From Octopus vulgaris (taxonomy: Eukaryota): a stretch of DNA of 64,000 nucleotides. Where the stretch lies: assembly GCA_951406725.2 (NCBI GenBank), contig OX597839.1, forward strand, positions 3,348,001 through 3,412,000. The letters are read 5' to 3'. Of the stretch, positions 1-12,889 are shown in pieces (the stretch's first letter is position 1; every line of letters starts with the position of its first letter). Under the pieces are notes generated by a model. That model had not been told where the DNA came from. It ran no database searches and worked only from the letters and a program-made list of their open reading frames with translations. The position numbers and the translations under genes were made by a program.

Positions 1-898
1 TAGTAGAAGACACTTGCCCAAGGTGCCATGCAGTGGGACTGAACCCGGAACCATGTGGTTGGTAAGCAAGCTACTTACCACACAGCCACTCCTGCACCTA
101 TTGTGTTTACTGGAAAAATAATCACCTGGTGCTTCTGGGAAAGAATACAGTTGGTGAGAAAAAATTAAAACCCATAACAAAGGCCTCTAGTGCTGGTGAC
201 ACATAAAAGGCATCCATGCTGGTGACATGTAAAAGATACTTAGTACACACTATAGAGTGGTTGTCATTACGAAGGGCATCCAGCCATAGAGAACAGGCCA
301 AAATGGTGTAACTCTCCAGCATAGCAGCTCCAATCAAACCAACCAACCCCTGCCAGCAGGGAAAAACAGATGTTAAATGATGATGATGAAGATGACGACT
401 TGGCAGCGAGCTGGCAGAAACGTTAGCACGCCGGGCGAAATGCGTAGCCGTATTTCGTCTGCCGTTACGTTCTGAGTTCAAATTCCGCCGAGGTTGACTT
501 TGCCTTTCATCCTTTCGGGGTCGATTAAATAAGTACCAGTTACGCACTGGGGTTGATGTAATCGACTTAATCCGTTTGTCTGTCCTTGTTTGTCCCCTCT
601 GTGTTTAGCCCCTTGTGGGTAGTAAAGAAATAGGTATTTCGCCCGTTGTTAGGTTTCTGAGTTCAGATTCCACTGGGGTTGACTTTCCCTTTCATCCTTT
701 TGGGGTCAATAAAATAAGTATCAGTTATGCACAGGGGTCGATATAATCGACTTAATCCGTTTGTCTGTCCTTGTTTGTCCCCTCTGTGTTTAGCCCCTTG
801 TGGGTAGTAAAAAACAGGAGAGAGTTAAAAATCTAATTTCTTGTTTTATCTTTTTTTGTTCTGTTTCAGCTTCTGTTAGTATTTATTCCTACGTCTAA

Positions 899-1144
899 AT
901 GAATTATACAAATTATAGCCAGCCCGGTTACGGGACGTTGGCTGATGTGCAGCCACACATAGGATCGCGGACTGGTTCAATAGAGGCCTACAATTCTTCG
1001 ACCATCACCTCAAACCATGCACTGCGTCTGGTGCCCGATGAAAGCGAGGCGTTTGCTGTTATCCACTCGATGGAGAACGATGACCTGAATGTTATGCTGA
1101 GAGACAGTGCCAAAGTGGATGAGCTTATCGAGAGTCTTTCACAG
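899..1144 (+). CDS. VPS37: VPS37 (ESCRT-I subunit, VPS37B/C-like), coding exon 1
   Basis: Acceptor tttcag at 869 (so a 5' UTR exon lies further upstream), ATG at 899, donor cag|gtattg after 1144. Peptide ends MENDDLNVMLRDSAKVDELIESLSQ, the start of the Mod(r) region. The four exons join in frame: 246+172+83+312=813 nt, 270 aa. Confidence 0.85.
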
Positions 1145-1222
1145 GTATTGTGTGTGTGTGTGTATATATAATATACACTCTGTTTTACTCTTTTAGTAAA
1201 ATATCTGTAACTTTTATATCTT

Positions 1223-1262
<40 letters not shown>

Positions 1263-1542
1263 CAAAATCAGAAAATGGAGAAATACATCTAAATCATTAA
1301 TCAACTACCAGATAATACCCAATCACATACTTTATTGAACCACTACATAACATTAAGGTTAAACATAAAAATATATAACAAAACAACATACATGAATGAG
1401 TAATACAATACAATAGGTACAATCATTATAAGAGGATATAAATAAATAAATATAAATAGATATAAATATAAATATACACTATATCTTACAGCTGTTTCGG
1501 CCATGCAGATAGATATGTCTCAATTTACCTATGTATATATAT

Positions 1543-1962
1543 ATCTGTAAATGTAATATGTGACAATTATTCGGTAGCCAAGATAAAACTCTGAGTTTCG
1601 GATGCCTAGGTGGAAAACCACGCCACCGTCTTTTCAGTTATCCGGCCATCGGAAAAACGCTATGAAAAATGACCGTTACACCCCCTTACCTTAATTAGCG
1701 GTCATTCGAATAGCTCTTTTGTCTAAATAACGGTCAATAACACAGTAATTTCCCTTTGTATAACGGTCATTTTTCATAGTGTTTTTCCAATGGCCGGATA
1801 ACTGAAGAGATGGTGGTGTGGATTTCCACCTCGGCATCTGAAATTCAGAGTTTTATCTTGGCTACCAAATAATTGTCACATATTACATTTACAGATAAAT
1901 TCCTCTATTTACATAATATCGAGGTCTCTTTCTTTCTTTTGTTATCTTACCATTTTTACCAA
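1543..1962. mobile_element. Inverted-repeat HHR-bearing element in VPS37 intron
   Basis: Arms at about 1543-1678 and 1761-1897 are reverse complements, flanked by (TA)n. Same family at 24490-24945 and 41000-41165. Confidence 0.75.
1792..1864 (+). ncRNA. Hammerhead ribozyme in VPS37 intron, sense orientation
   Basis: GGCCGGATAA-CTGAAGA-GATG...GTGGATTTCCAC...CATC-T-GAAA-TTCAGAG-TT^TTATCTTGGCT. The mirror copy at about 1577-1647 on the minus strand has the decayed core CTGAAAA. Confidence 0.7.
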
Positions 1963-2257
1963 TATATATATATATATATATATATAATTCAAATTACAAT
2001 GAACATAAACAAACAAATGAAGTTTGCTTTAGAAGCATTGAGATGTCTTAGAAAGTTAAAGAAGTGATTTTAAATTCTCAAACGCAGGATAATGCTAATA
2101 ATATATCCTCAACAGGATAAGCTACCCCTATTTTGCAGAAAAAAGTGTCTCGTAGCTGGCCGCCAACACTTTTTCTGCAAAATAGGGGTAGCTTATCCTG
2201 TTCAGGCTATATTATTATTATTATTTATTTATTTATTTGTCTTTTGTTTTTTTCAAG

Positions 2258-2429
2258 GTGAAGAACATTCAGCAAGAGCGAGATGTGATGTTAGCCAGCA
2301 ACAAAAGCTTGGCTGAATACAACTTGGGGATAAGACCAAAGTTTGAAGACCTAAAGCAGCAGATTGCAGCCAAATATGCTGAGGTTTCTGAGTTGAAAAC
2401 AACCCTCGCAGAAGAAATAGGCAGTCTAG
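2258..2429 (+). CDS. VPS37: VPS37 coding exon 2
   Basis: tttcaag|GTG acceptor and G|gtacgt donor. Encodes VKNIQQERDVMLASNKSLAEYNLGIRPKFEDLKQQI; LASNxSLAExNL is the characteristic VPS37 Mod(r) motif. Confidence 0.92.
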
Positions 2430-3741
2430 GTACGTATGTACTCAGATATATATAACCATCATCATCATCGTCCTCATCTTATGTTGAGTTCTGATGGGTG
2501 GCGCGTAAAAAGCACCATCCGAGCGTGGCCGTTCACCAGCCTCGTCTGGCACCTGTGTCGGTGGCACGTAAAAAGCACCCACTACACTCATGGAGTGGTT
2601 GGCATTAGGAAGGGCATTCAACTGTAGAAACACTGCCAGATCAGACTGGAGCCTGGTGCAGCCTTCGGGCTTCCCAGACCCCAGTTGAACTGTCCAACCC
2701 ATGCTAGCATGGAAAACAGACGTTAAATGATGATGATGATGAATGTTAAAAAAAGACACAAAAAAGACTTAACTTGACATTGGTTTTTGACTGGGATTCA
2801 TATGATCCTTGGGGGCAGAGCCCATATAAGATTTTGTTGTTAAAATTCATGTACAGGAATTTTATGTGCAGGAGTGGCTGTGTGGTAAGTAGTTTGCTTA
2901 TCAACCACATGGTTCCGGGTCCAGTCCCACTGCATGGCACCTTGAGCAGGTGTCTTCTGCTATAGCTTTGGGCCGACCAAAGCCTTGTGAGTGGATTTGG
3001 TAGACGGAAACTGAAAGAAGCCCGTCGTATATATGTATGTATATGTGTATGCGTGTGTATATGTTTGTGTATCTGTGTTTGTCCCCCAACATCACTTGAC
3101 AATCGATGCTGGTGTGTTTATGTCCTCGTCACTTAGCAGTTTGGCAAAAGAGACCGGTAGAATAAGTACTAAGCTTACAAAGAATAAGTCCTGGGGTCAG
3201 TTTCTTCGACTAAAGGTGGTGCTCCTGCATGGCCACAGTCAAATGACTGAAACACGTAACATCTATATTATACAAAATATCTTAACTTTTTAATGCCCCC
3301 CCCCTCTCCCCTCTTGAAAGTTTTTTTTTCATCTTGTAAGTACTTGGTGACCCTGACAGTGCAGGTACCACTTACAAGCACCCAGTCCATACTATAAAGT
3401 GGTTGGTGTTCGGAAAGGCATCCAGCTGTAAAACCCTTGCCAAAACTGACCTCGCCTGTGCTTGTGCCACGTAAAAAGAACTAAGTCCACTCTGCTGAGT
3501 GGTTGGTATTAAGAAGGGCATCCAGCTCTAAAAATCCTGCCAAAACAGTCGCAGAAATCTGGTGCAGGCTTCTACCTGGCTGGTTCTTGTGAAACTGTCC
3601 CATCAATGGAAGGTGAACATTAAACAATGATGATGATTAATACAATTCCCAGCAACACTTAATTATATAAATGCAGTATGATTTGTATATATATATATAT
3701 ATACGTGGATTTGGTAGACGGAAACTGAAAGAAGCCTGTCG

Positions 3742-3784
<43 letters not shown>

Positions 3785-4267
3785 CTGTGTTTGTCTCCCT
3801 AGCATTACTTGACAACCGATGCTGGTGTGTTTACATCCCCGTCACTTAGCGTTTCGGCAAAAGAGACCGATAGAATAAGTACTGGGCTTACAAAGAATAA
3901 GTCTCGGGGTCAATTTGCTCGACTAAAGGCGGTGCTCCAGCATGGCCGCAGTCAAATGGCTGAAACAAGTAAAAGAGTAAATATATATATAAAATTATAA
4001 TTTAGGGTATCTAAGAGATACCACCACGCTGGAAATAACAGTCAAAACTTGACTCTAAAACCACATTAGATGTTCATAATTTTTTGCTAGTTTATTTTGT
4101 CTCTTTGTCTTCTCTCCTGGTGCTGTATGAACATTTAATGTGGTTTTAGAGTTGAGTTTTGACTGCTATTTCCAGCATCATCTTCATCACCACTATAATC
4201 ATCATCACCTTCATCATCATCATCATCACTATCCTCCTTTTTCTCTATTTTATTCCTATTTTTGCAG

Positions 4268-4350
4268 ATGTCGTAGCCAATAAGCAGTCTTTGGAAACCA
4301 TCTTGGCACTCTTACAGGCCGATGCAGCAACATCCGATGAGAATTCGGAA
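4268..4350 (+). CDS. VPS37: VPS37 coding exon 3
   Basis: tttgcag|AT acceptor (phase 1, matching exon 2) and GAA|gtaagg donor. Encodes DVVANKQSLETILALLQADAATSDENSE, resembling the VPS37 LLALLQ...EEESE segment. Confidence 0.9.
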
Positions 4351-5127
4351 GTAAGGAACATTTTTTACTTTCCTTGTTCTTTTTCCTTTCTATTCCATTA
4401 ATTTATTTTGTTAATGCCTCCACCCTGTTCCTTCACCTCCTCACCCCCTTTTCTCCCCTCGTCTCTCTTTTCTCTCTTCCTTTCCCTTTTCTCCTCTCCC
4501 CTTCTCTTCCTTTTCTCCTCTCCTCTTTTTCTCCCCTCCTCTTTTTCTCCCCTCCTCTTTTTCTCCCCTTCTCTTTTTCTCCCCTTCTCATCCTGCCCTT
4601 CTCTGTTCCTCTACTTTTTCCCCACTGTTGATGTTGTTTAACCAAGTGGAGACCCAGGCCTGAGACCATAGTAGTAGACACTTGCCCAAGGTGCCATGCA
4701 GTGGGACTGAATCCATAGCTATGTAATTGGGAAGCAAGCTTCTTACCACCAAACCACTATAATAATTAACTAGCACTATGACCTGGCAACGCTGGGTCAT
4801 AGTGCTAGTGCATGTGTGCGCACATACATGCGAGTACTGTCCAAATCCCCGACCAATCACATACAGCTAGCTGGCATTCAATTGGTGTATCAAGTTTCGG
4901 GCATTTTGATTGGAGTTTGGATAGAAAATTCAAAAAGAGTCACTTCTATTGATTTTTTAATGGCTTTGCAGGGTGACTGGGGAAATATAAAGATGTGCAC
5001 GACCACCCTTGGATGGTTTTGAATGACCATAGGAAGTGCGAGCCCTCCAACTAAAAAAATTGTGGATTTGTATAAAGGATACACACACACAGACAGACAT
5101 TTTGCTGTTTATATATATAGAGATATT

Positions 5128-5510
5128 GTGGAGGCGCAATGGCCCAGTGGTTAGGGCAGCGGACTCGCGGTCATAGGATCGTGGTTTCGATTCCCGACCG
5201 GGCGTTGTGAGTGTTTATTGAGCGAAAACACCTAAAGCTCCACGAGGCTCCGGCAGGGGATGGTGGTGATCCCTGCTGTACTCTTTCACCACAACTTTCT
5301 CTCACTCTTACTTCCTGTTTCTGTTGTACCTGTATTTCAAAGGGCCGGCCTTGTTACTCTCTGTGTCACGCTGAATATCCCCGAGAACTACGTTAAGGGT
5401 ACACGTGTCTGTGGAGTGTTCAGCCACTTACACGTTAATTTCACGAGCAGGCTGTTCCGTTGATTCGGATCAACCGGAACCCTCGTCGTCGTAACCGACG
5501 GAGTGCTTCC
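5128..5510 (+). mobile_element. SINE family C (tRNA-derived), young copy with TSD
   Basis: A/B boxes TGGCCCAGTGG / GTTTCGATTCC, TSD ATATAGAGATA. Near-identical copies at 11473-11859 (-, TSD TGCTAGAAAAAT) and 55971-56355 (+, TSD ATCTTTATAGG); related heads at 29187, 45375 and 62011. Confidence 0.88.
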
Positions 5511-5551
5511 ATATAGAGATAATATTTTTTTGTTTGTTTCTCTTTTTTCAG

Positions 5552-5863
5552 AAACTTGCTCAGGATTTCCTCGATAAGAAACTTGAAGCTGAAACTTTCG
5601 TGGAAGATTACATCATGCAGCGCAAAGAGGCCCACTTGAAGAAAGTGAAAGTTGAGAAGATGACGGATTTACTGCAGAGTCGCAGCCTCTCCAGGCGAAC
5701 GCAGTCTGCTCACCATGCTTCCACGCCTTCCCTCTGTAACCATTCTTATTACGACCGAAATGAAGCCAACATCATACCCACTAGCGCCAGCACTCAGTAC
5801 AACGTGGGATCTACACCGTCAAGGCCCTACATGAACATGCCAGACCCGTCTAGTTATTTCTAA
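5552..5863 (+). CDS. VPS37: VPS37 terminal coding exon
   Basis: ttttcag|AAA acceptor. Encodes KLAQDFLDKKLEAETFVEDYIMQRKEAHLKKVKVEKM (Mod(r) C-terminal helices), then a P/S/Y-rich tail ending at TAA 5863. Confidence 0.9.
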   Translation, partial: KLAQDFLDKKLEAETFVEDYIMQRKEAHLKKVKVEKMTDLLQSRSLSRRTQSAHHASTPSLCNHSYYDRNEANIIPTSASTQYNVGSTPSRPYMNMPDPSSYF

Positions 5864-6106
5864 AAAAAGAAAAAGAAAACGAAACAATATTAAAAAAAAA
5901 ACAAATGCAAAATGTATAAAAAAAAAAAACAATGAAAGGATTTAAATTATATTTACAAAGGGTAAATAAGTCGTTTAACTTGTATAGTGGGCAATACAAA
6001 CAAAAATATTGTAAAAAAAAACCCCCAAAATAATTCTACTCTCCAAAGATGTAACATATGAGAAAGTAATACAAAATAATGTAAAAATATAATAAAACGA
6101 GTTATA

Positions 6107-6146
<40 letters not shown>

Positions 6147-6653
6147 CATACATACATACATACACATCTGTGTGTGTGAAATATATATATATAATATAAA
6201 ATGTATATGTACAATCTGTCTGTATGTATGTATGTGTATATATATGTATGTATATAATATATATGCGTGTATATGTAAATGTATGTGTATATATATGTAT
6301 GTATATAATATATATGCGTGTATATGTAAATATATGTATGTATATATATATGTATGTAAATATGTATGTATATATGTGTGTATATATGTGTGATTGTCTG
6401 TATGTATAATATGTATGTGTGTCTGTATGTGCATGTATATGTTTGTATGTGTATATATATGTGTGTGTGTATGTACATATCTATTTATATGATGCATATG
6501 TATAATATGTGTATAATGAATATGTATGATATATAAGGTACATGTGTGTTGTATAGCTATGTATAATTATATATGTGTATATATATATATGTGTGTATGT
6601 ATATATATATATATGTGTGTATGTATATATATATATATGTGTGTATATATATA

Positions 6654-6697
<44 letters not shown>

Positions 6698-7558
6698 ATT
6701 AAAAAATTAAATCCCAATATATTTCTAAAAAAAAATGATTGACCTTGAAAGAAAACAATGCAAAAGTTACAAATTCTTCAAAGAATGAGAGGAGTCCACA
6801 TTGGATCCATATATGGTAAAAGCAGAAAAAACAAAAACAAGACCAAAACATCTTTTAGAAACGTTACATATATAGAATATGTATATACACATGTATGTAT
6901 GTATATATATGTATTTATGTATATATATATATATATATAATTATGAAAATACTATACTGACCCTTTAAAAGGGGTGACTTTTAAAAAAAGTATTTTGTTT
7001 TATTAATTTTAATATTTATTAATTAATATATGATCTGGTATTAACTAATCACCAATTCTCTATCATTATTACTATTGTTAATTTTATAATCCTCTATTTA
7101 TCATTATTTACCGTTGTTGTTGTTGTTATTATTAAGGCGGTAAGCTGGCAGAACCGTTAGCACACCGGGCGAAATGCTTTGTGGTATTATGTCTGCCACT
7201 GCGTTCTGAGTTCAAATTCCGCTGAGGTCGACTTTGCCTTTCATCCCTTCGGGGTCAATTAAATAAATACCAGTTAAGGCACTGGGGTTGATATAATCGA
7301 CTTAATCCATTTGTCTGTCCTTGTTTGTCCTCTCTGTGTTTAGCCCCTTGTGGGCAATAAAGAAATAGGTATTTCACCCGTTGTTACATTTCTGAGTTCA
7401 GATTCCACCGAGGTTGACTTTCCCTTTCATCCTTTTGGGGTCAATAAAATAAGTACCAGTTGAACACTGGAGTTGATATAATCGATTTAACCCAGCCTCT
7501 GAATTTGCTGGCCTTGTGCCAAAATTTGAAACTATTATTATTATTATTTCTGCTACTA

Positions 7559-8592
7559 CAAGGCTGAGTCAAAAAGTAATGCCATTTTGTTTAGGACAGG
7601 TATAATTACCAACACAGGAACATGTATCATGTATCATGCATCAAAATGGAGCTGGTCCTCTGTGGATCACATCCCTACTTCTCAACATAATCACTGTTTC
7701 TCTCAGTAGCACTGTTCTGCCTTCGAATGAGAGCATGTATCTCTGGCCCGTAAAATTCTGTTGACTGTTTTTTGAGCCACTTCTTCAATACTGTTTTCAC
7801 TTCCTCGTCACTGGAATAATGTTTGCCTCTCAAACCCTCTTTCATGGGGTCAAAGAGATGATAATCTGAAGGTACTAAATCTGGTGACTTTGTTTGAGAA
7901 GTTCAGTGCAGGCATTGACCCTGTCAGTCTTGCATTCAGTAGTCAGCTCTCTCAGTACCCAACAGGAACACACTTTTGAAAAGCCAAGTGATTTGACAAT
8001 GTTGTAAGCACTTCCTTAGCTCACTTCAAGGTTTTCTGCCAACTCATCAAGAGTTGTGCGCCTGTCTTCTCTGATCAGGGCATCTGCTTTTGCTTTATTG
8101 GCAGGATTCACAGAAGCGGACGGATGGCCAGAACGGGGTTTATCGGCTACACTCACAGTTCCCACCTTTTCATCTTTCAGACGATGGACCCACCTGTATA
8201 CATTGCTATAATTTAAAGTATTGTCTTGATAGACATTTTGTAATCATTGGTGAATGTTCACAAGGGTTTTCCCTCTCAGCAACAAGAAATTCAATCACTG
8301 CTTTTTGTTTTTGATGTAACTTTAAGAGGGCAGCCTTTTTGAATTTTCCTTATTAGTCTAAAAACAATCGTTTCATGCGACTTCATTTAATTACATAATG
8401 CAAGTATTACATTAGTTTTAAAATGTAGAGCAATCTTCAGCTGCATATGGAATTTTTTAGTTAAATTGAAAAGATTCATTTTTATACTTATTCCATTTAC
8501 CAACATCACAAAGAGGGTAAGTAAATAAACAGAGGGACCAGTCTCATCAACAGAAACATGGTAGTAAAATGCATTACCTTTGGATATCCTTG
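7559..8592 (-). mobile_element. Internally deleted mariner transposon
   Basis: Imperfect TIRs CAAGGCTGAGTCAAAAAGTAATGC / GCATTACCTTTGGATATCCTTG. Minus-strand relics QKAVIEFLVAE, IREDRRTTLDELAENL..WVLRELT and PDLVPSDYHLF. Confidence 0.85.
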
Positions 8593-8714
8593 TTGCTTAT
8601 TTTGATTATAATCACCCCATTTTGAATTATATGGATAATACCATACCAAACTCTGGTGCCTTTAACTTAAGTACCATATTCAACTGAATCGAAATTGTTA
8701 CTGAACTTATATAC

Positions 8715-9405
8715 ATCATTCATCATCATTGTTCGACCGTGGTCGAGACAATGGAATTTACCATGCTACGCCAGACTTCACGGTCCATCATGGCATTACG
8801 GAGGTCCTGTTGCAGGATGCCTGTATCCCTGGAGATTACATCAGGGTAGGAGAGTGTGCGCCCTCTGGTATTGCGAGTAGATGGCTTCCAGAGGAGAAGA
8901 GTAGAAATTGCCTCGTTTTTAGCTCTACAACAATGTCCAGCAAACTGGACTCTCCTACCTTTCACAAGAGATGACACAGGTGGTAGTTTCCCATATATTT
9001 GCATTTTGGTTGGTGACGCTTCCACGAGAGGTTTTGAGCTCTCATAAGGAGGCGAGTGTAGGTTCCATCCAACCGCCTCTCAAGCTTCTTTGATAACGTC
9101 CAGGTTTCTGAGCCGTATAGTAGAATCGGTTCAACTGTGGCTTTGAAGATTTCAAGTTTGAAGTCTCTACTTAGATTTGATGACCAGATCTTATGCATGT
9201 CATTACAGGCTGACCAGGCCATACCCTTTCTAGTTTGAAAATCTTTTCCAGATGATGATATGTATGACCCAAGATATTTGTAATCAGAAACCATATTTAA
9301 GGGCGCATTGTTGAGAGTATGGATGATGCAATCACTGTTGGACAAGCACTTGTTTATATATTCAGTCTTGGCCTCATTGAGGTAAAGACCTACACAATTT
9401 GAGGC
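8715..9405 (-). mobile_element. RTE-clade LINE, 5'-truncated ORF2 3' end
   Basis: VGLYLNEAKTE..YKYLGSYI..KIWSS..VEPILLYGSETWTL, then (after a frameshift) RRVQFAGHC..DREVWR; tail of (TGA)n. Confidence 0.85.
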
Positions 9406-9438
9406 TTGTATACACATATACACACACACAAATACATA

Positions 9439-9889
9439 CAGGGTTGGCCAAAAGTCATCCAACAGTAAATCAAAATTCCATAAATTCTATCTGTAATTCT
9501 GCATTGACTTGAATGGAAAAATGTGTTGCTCAAGAAGGACTTCGGTTTGAACAATTTTCATATTTCTTATCTGGATACTTTTATTAAAATTCATTCAGTT
9601 GTTAACCCTTTTGTTACTGTATTTATTTTGAAAAGCTCTGTGTTTCTTTCAATTACTTTAAATATAACAAAGAATTTAGTAAAATAATTTTGTTATCATT
9701 CAGCTAGTGTTAGGAACATAAATTGTGATTAAGGTTTGGTGGAAGATTTTAATTCAAAACTTATGATAACAAGACATTTGTATTCAAAGCCAGAGCCGGT
9801 TTCAGCCGGGTTGGTAACGAAAGGGTTAAACATAAATCTTGGAATTAAATGGTTTTGATTTACTGTCGGGTGACTTTTGGCCAACCCTG
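9439..9889. mobile_element. Tc1/mariner-type MITE
   Basis: TIRs CAGGGTTGGCCAAAAGTCA(T/C)CC(A/G)ACAGTAAATCAAAA with TA on both sides. Confidence 0.85.
9606..9825. mobile_element. piggyBac-type MITE nested in the Tc1 MITE
   Basis: TTAA-CCCTTTTGTTAC ... GTAACGAAAGGG-TTAA. Confidence 0.8.
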
Positions 9890-10144
9890 TATAAATACAC
9901 ACACACACACACATGTATACATCATGTGATTATGACTGACCAGGCCATCAGATGTTGTTACACATTGCTGGTCACAATGCGCTTTTGCATTGTTTTAGCC
10001 TTCAAATGACACCACCCCGCTGGCTAGGCAAGCAGGCCAACAATAGCCCCTGATCAAAAGGGCACTGGAGTAATGTGGAATGAAATATTTTGCTTAAGAA
10101 CACAATGCAGTACTCAGTCAAGGAATCAAACCCTCGATCTAGTG

Positions 10145-11339
10145 CAGTGTTTCTCAACCTTTTTACCCTTGCGTAACCCTTAAAATAAATTACGTCTCAA
10201 GGGAACCCTTGCACAAAATTTATATACCATATCTTTCTCATATATTTTTCATAGTTCATATGGTAAATAGACACACACACATTTTATTATTTTTTTTTGT
10301 TTCAGTCATTAGACTGAAGCCATGCTGGAGCACCACCTTTAGTCGAACAAATCGACCCCAGAACTTATTCTTTGTAAGCTTAGTACTTATTCTATCGGTC
10401 CCTCTTGCTGAAATGCTAAGTAACGGATATGTAAACACACTAGTATCAGTTGTCAAGCGATGTTGTGGGGACAAACACAGACACATAAACATATACATAC
10501 ATATATATATATATTTAATGATGTCTGTAATTTATGGTCACCCTATATGTATAGGCGCAGGAGTGGCTGTGTGGTAAGTAGCTTGCTTACCAATCACATG
10601 GATCCGGGTTCAGTCCCACTGTGTGGTACCATGGGCAAGTGTCTTCTACTATAGCCTCAGGCTGACCAAAGTCTTGTGAGTGGATTTGGTAGATGGGAAC
10701 TAAAAGAAGCATGTCATATATATGTGTGTCCGATGCTGGTGTGTTTGCGTCCCCGTAACTTAGCTGTTTGGCAAAAGAGACTGATAGAATAAGTTCTAGG
10801 CTTACAAAGAATAAGTCCTGGAGTCAATTTGCTTGTCTAAAGGCGGTGCTCCTGCATGACTGCAGTCAAATGACTGAAACAAGTAAAAGATTGAAGAGAG
10901 TATATATATATACACATATATATACATGACGGGCTTCTTTCAGTTTCCATCTACCAAATCCGTTCACAAGGCTTTGGTCGGCCCAAAGCTATAGTAGAAG
11001 ACACTTACCCAAGTTGCCACCCATTGGGACTGAACCTGGAACCATGAGGTTTGTAAGCAAGCTACTTACCACACAGCCACTCCTACGCCTATATATATAG
11101 GGTGTCCGTAAATTACAGACATCACTAAATATAACCCCAATGGCTGTTATATTTTTTTGATAATATAATAGGTTAGATAGGATAATGTCTGAATTACAAT
11201 AACCAATAATAGGTTGTGCATGTATAGTAATATCATGGTCATGAAATTAGCATTAGCTTATCTCACTCTTTCTTGCAGAACCCCTAGGAACCTTTGGCAA
11301 AGCCCTCGGGTTCTGGGGAACCCCGATTGAGAAATGCTG
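10145..11339. mobile_element. hAT (Charlie-like) non-autonomous element with nested SINEs
   Basis: TIRs CAGTGTTTCTCAA / TTGAGAAATGCTG with a perfect 8-bp TSD ATCTAGTG at 10137-10144 and 11340-11347. Confidence 0.9.
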
Positions 11340-12117
11340 ATCTAGTGATTGTGAGTGCAACAACCTAACCACTAGCACCTTCACACACACATTCCACTTA
11401 AGCATTGTGAGACTAATAACCTGGTGTAGAAATCAATATGTGTATACTTCAGATCACAATGCTAGAAAAATGGATGGAAGCACTCCGTCGGTTATGACGA
11501 CGAGGGTTCCGGTTGATCCGAATCTACAGAACAGCCTGCTCGTGAAATTAACGTGTAAGTGGCTGAGCACTCCACAGACACGTGTACCCTTAACGTAGTT
11601 CTTGGGGATATTCAGCGTGACACAGAGAGTGACAAGGCCGGCCCCTTGAAATACATGTACAACAGAAACAGGAAGTAAGAGTGAGAGAAAGTTGTGGTGA
11701 AAGAGTACAGCAGGGATCACCACCATCTCCTACCGGAGCCTCGTGGAGCTTTAGGTGTTTACGCTTAATAAACACTCACAACGCCCGGTCTGGGAATCAA
11801 AACCGTGATCCTACGACCGCGAGTCCGCTGCCCTAACCACTGGGCCATTGCACCTCCACTGCTAGAAAAATACAGAGGGGGTAATAAGAAAACGAGATCA
11901 CAAAGAAAAAAAAAAGATTAGATTATGAACTTCATTGGCTTACAGATGTTTCTGCTGTTATTCAAGCACTCAACTATGAACCCACTGCGTCTTGTAGGAG
12001 AAACAGCTGTATGCCTATGAAGTTCATAACATAATCGTTTTTTCCTTTCCTATATAAATAAAATCATTTAATGTATACAGTATAAAGATATAAACTACTG
12101 ATATATATATATATACG

Positions 12118-12161
<44 letters not shown>

Positions 12162-12176
12162 ATATATATATATGTC

Positions 12177-12226
<50 letters not shown>

Positions 12227-12341
12227 TTTGTATATATATATATGTCTATGTATATATATATATTATATATATATCATCGTTTATATATATATATTATATA
12301 TATACATATATATATATTATATATATATATATCATCGTTTA

Positions 12342-12424
<83 letters not shown>

Positions 12425-12619
12425 CTCCATCTATACCGGATGTCGCTTCTCCCACCACCATTATAGGTGTCTACTCTTCGAACCCCCCTCTTCAATACGC
12501 TATTTCACCATGCATTAGCCCTCTCTCGATATCCTACGTTCTACTTGCCTAGAACCTGTCATCATTTCTCTGAACCACCCCTCACCACTGGTGCTCCCCT
12601 ATATTTCTGCACCCCCCCA

Positions 12620-12866
12620 CATAAAAAGCACCATCCGAACGTGGCTGATGCCAGACCCCTCTGGCACCTGTGCAGGTGGCACGTAAAAAACACCCACTAC
12701 ACTCGCGGAGTGGTTGGCGTTAGGAAGGGCATCCAGCTGTAGAAACACAGCCAGACTAGACTGGAGCCTGGGGCAGTCCCGAGCTCCCCAGACCCCGGTC
12801 GAAACCGTCCAACCCGTGCTAGCGCGGAAAACGGACGTTAAACGATGATGATGATGATGATGATGA
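12620..12866 (+). mobile_element. RTE-like 3' tail repeat ending in (GAT)n, representative copy
   Basis: AAAAGCACC..GGAGTGGTTGGCGTTAGGAAGGGCATCCAGC..GACGTTAAACGATGATG. Copies at about 175-400, 2497-2740, 3345-3635 and 24115-24250. Confidence 0.7.
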
Positions 12867-12889
12867 TATATATATATATATATATATAT

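Noticed and set aside
122-547. Recurrent ORFs starting MRNWYL..RPRKDERQSRPRR and MFIERKHLKLHEAP
   Set aside because: Chance frames inside SINE families B and C, repeated wherever the SINE occurs.
5128-5200. tRNA gene-like sequence (also 45375, 55971, 62011)
   Set aside because: These are tRNA-derived SINE heads continuing into SINE bodies with TSDs; no complete cloverleaf or terminator.
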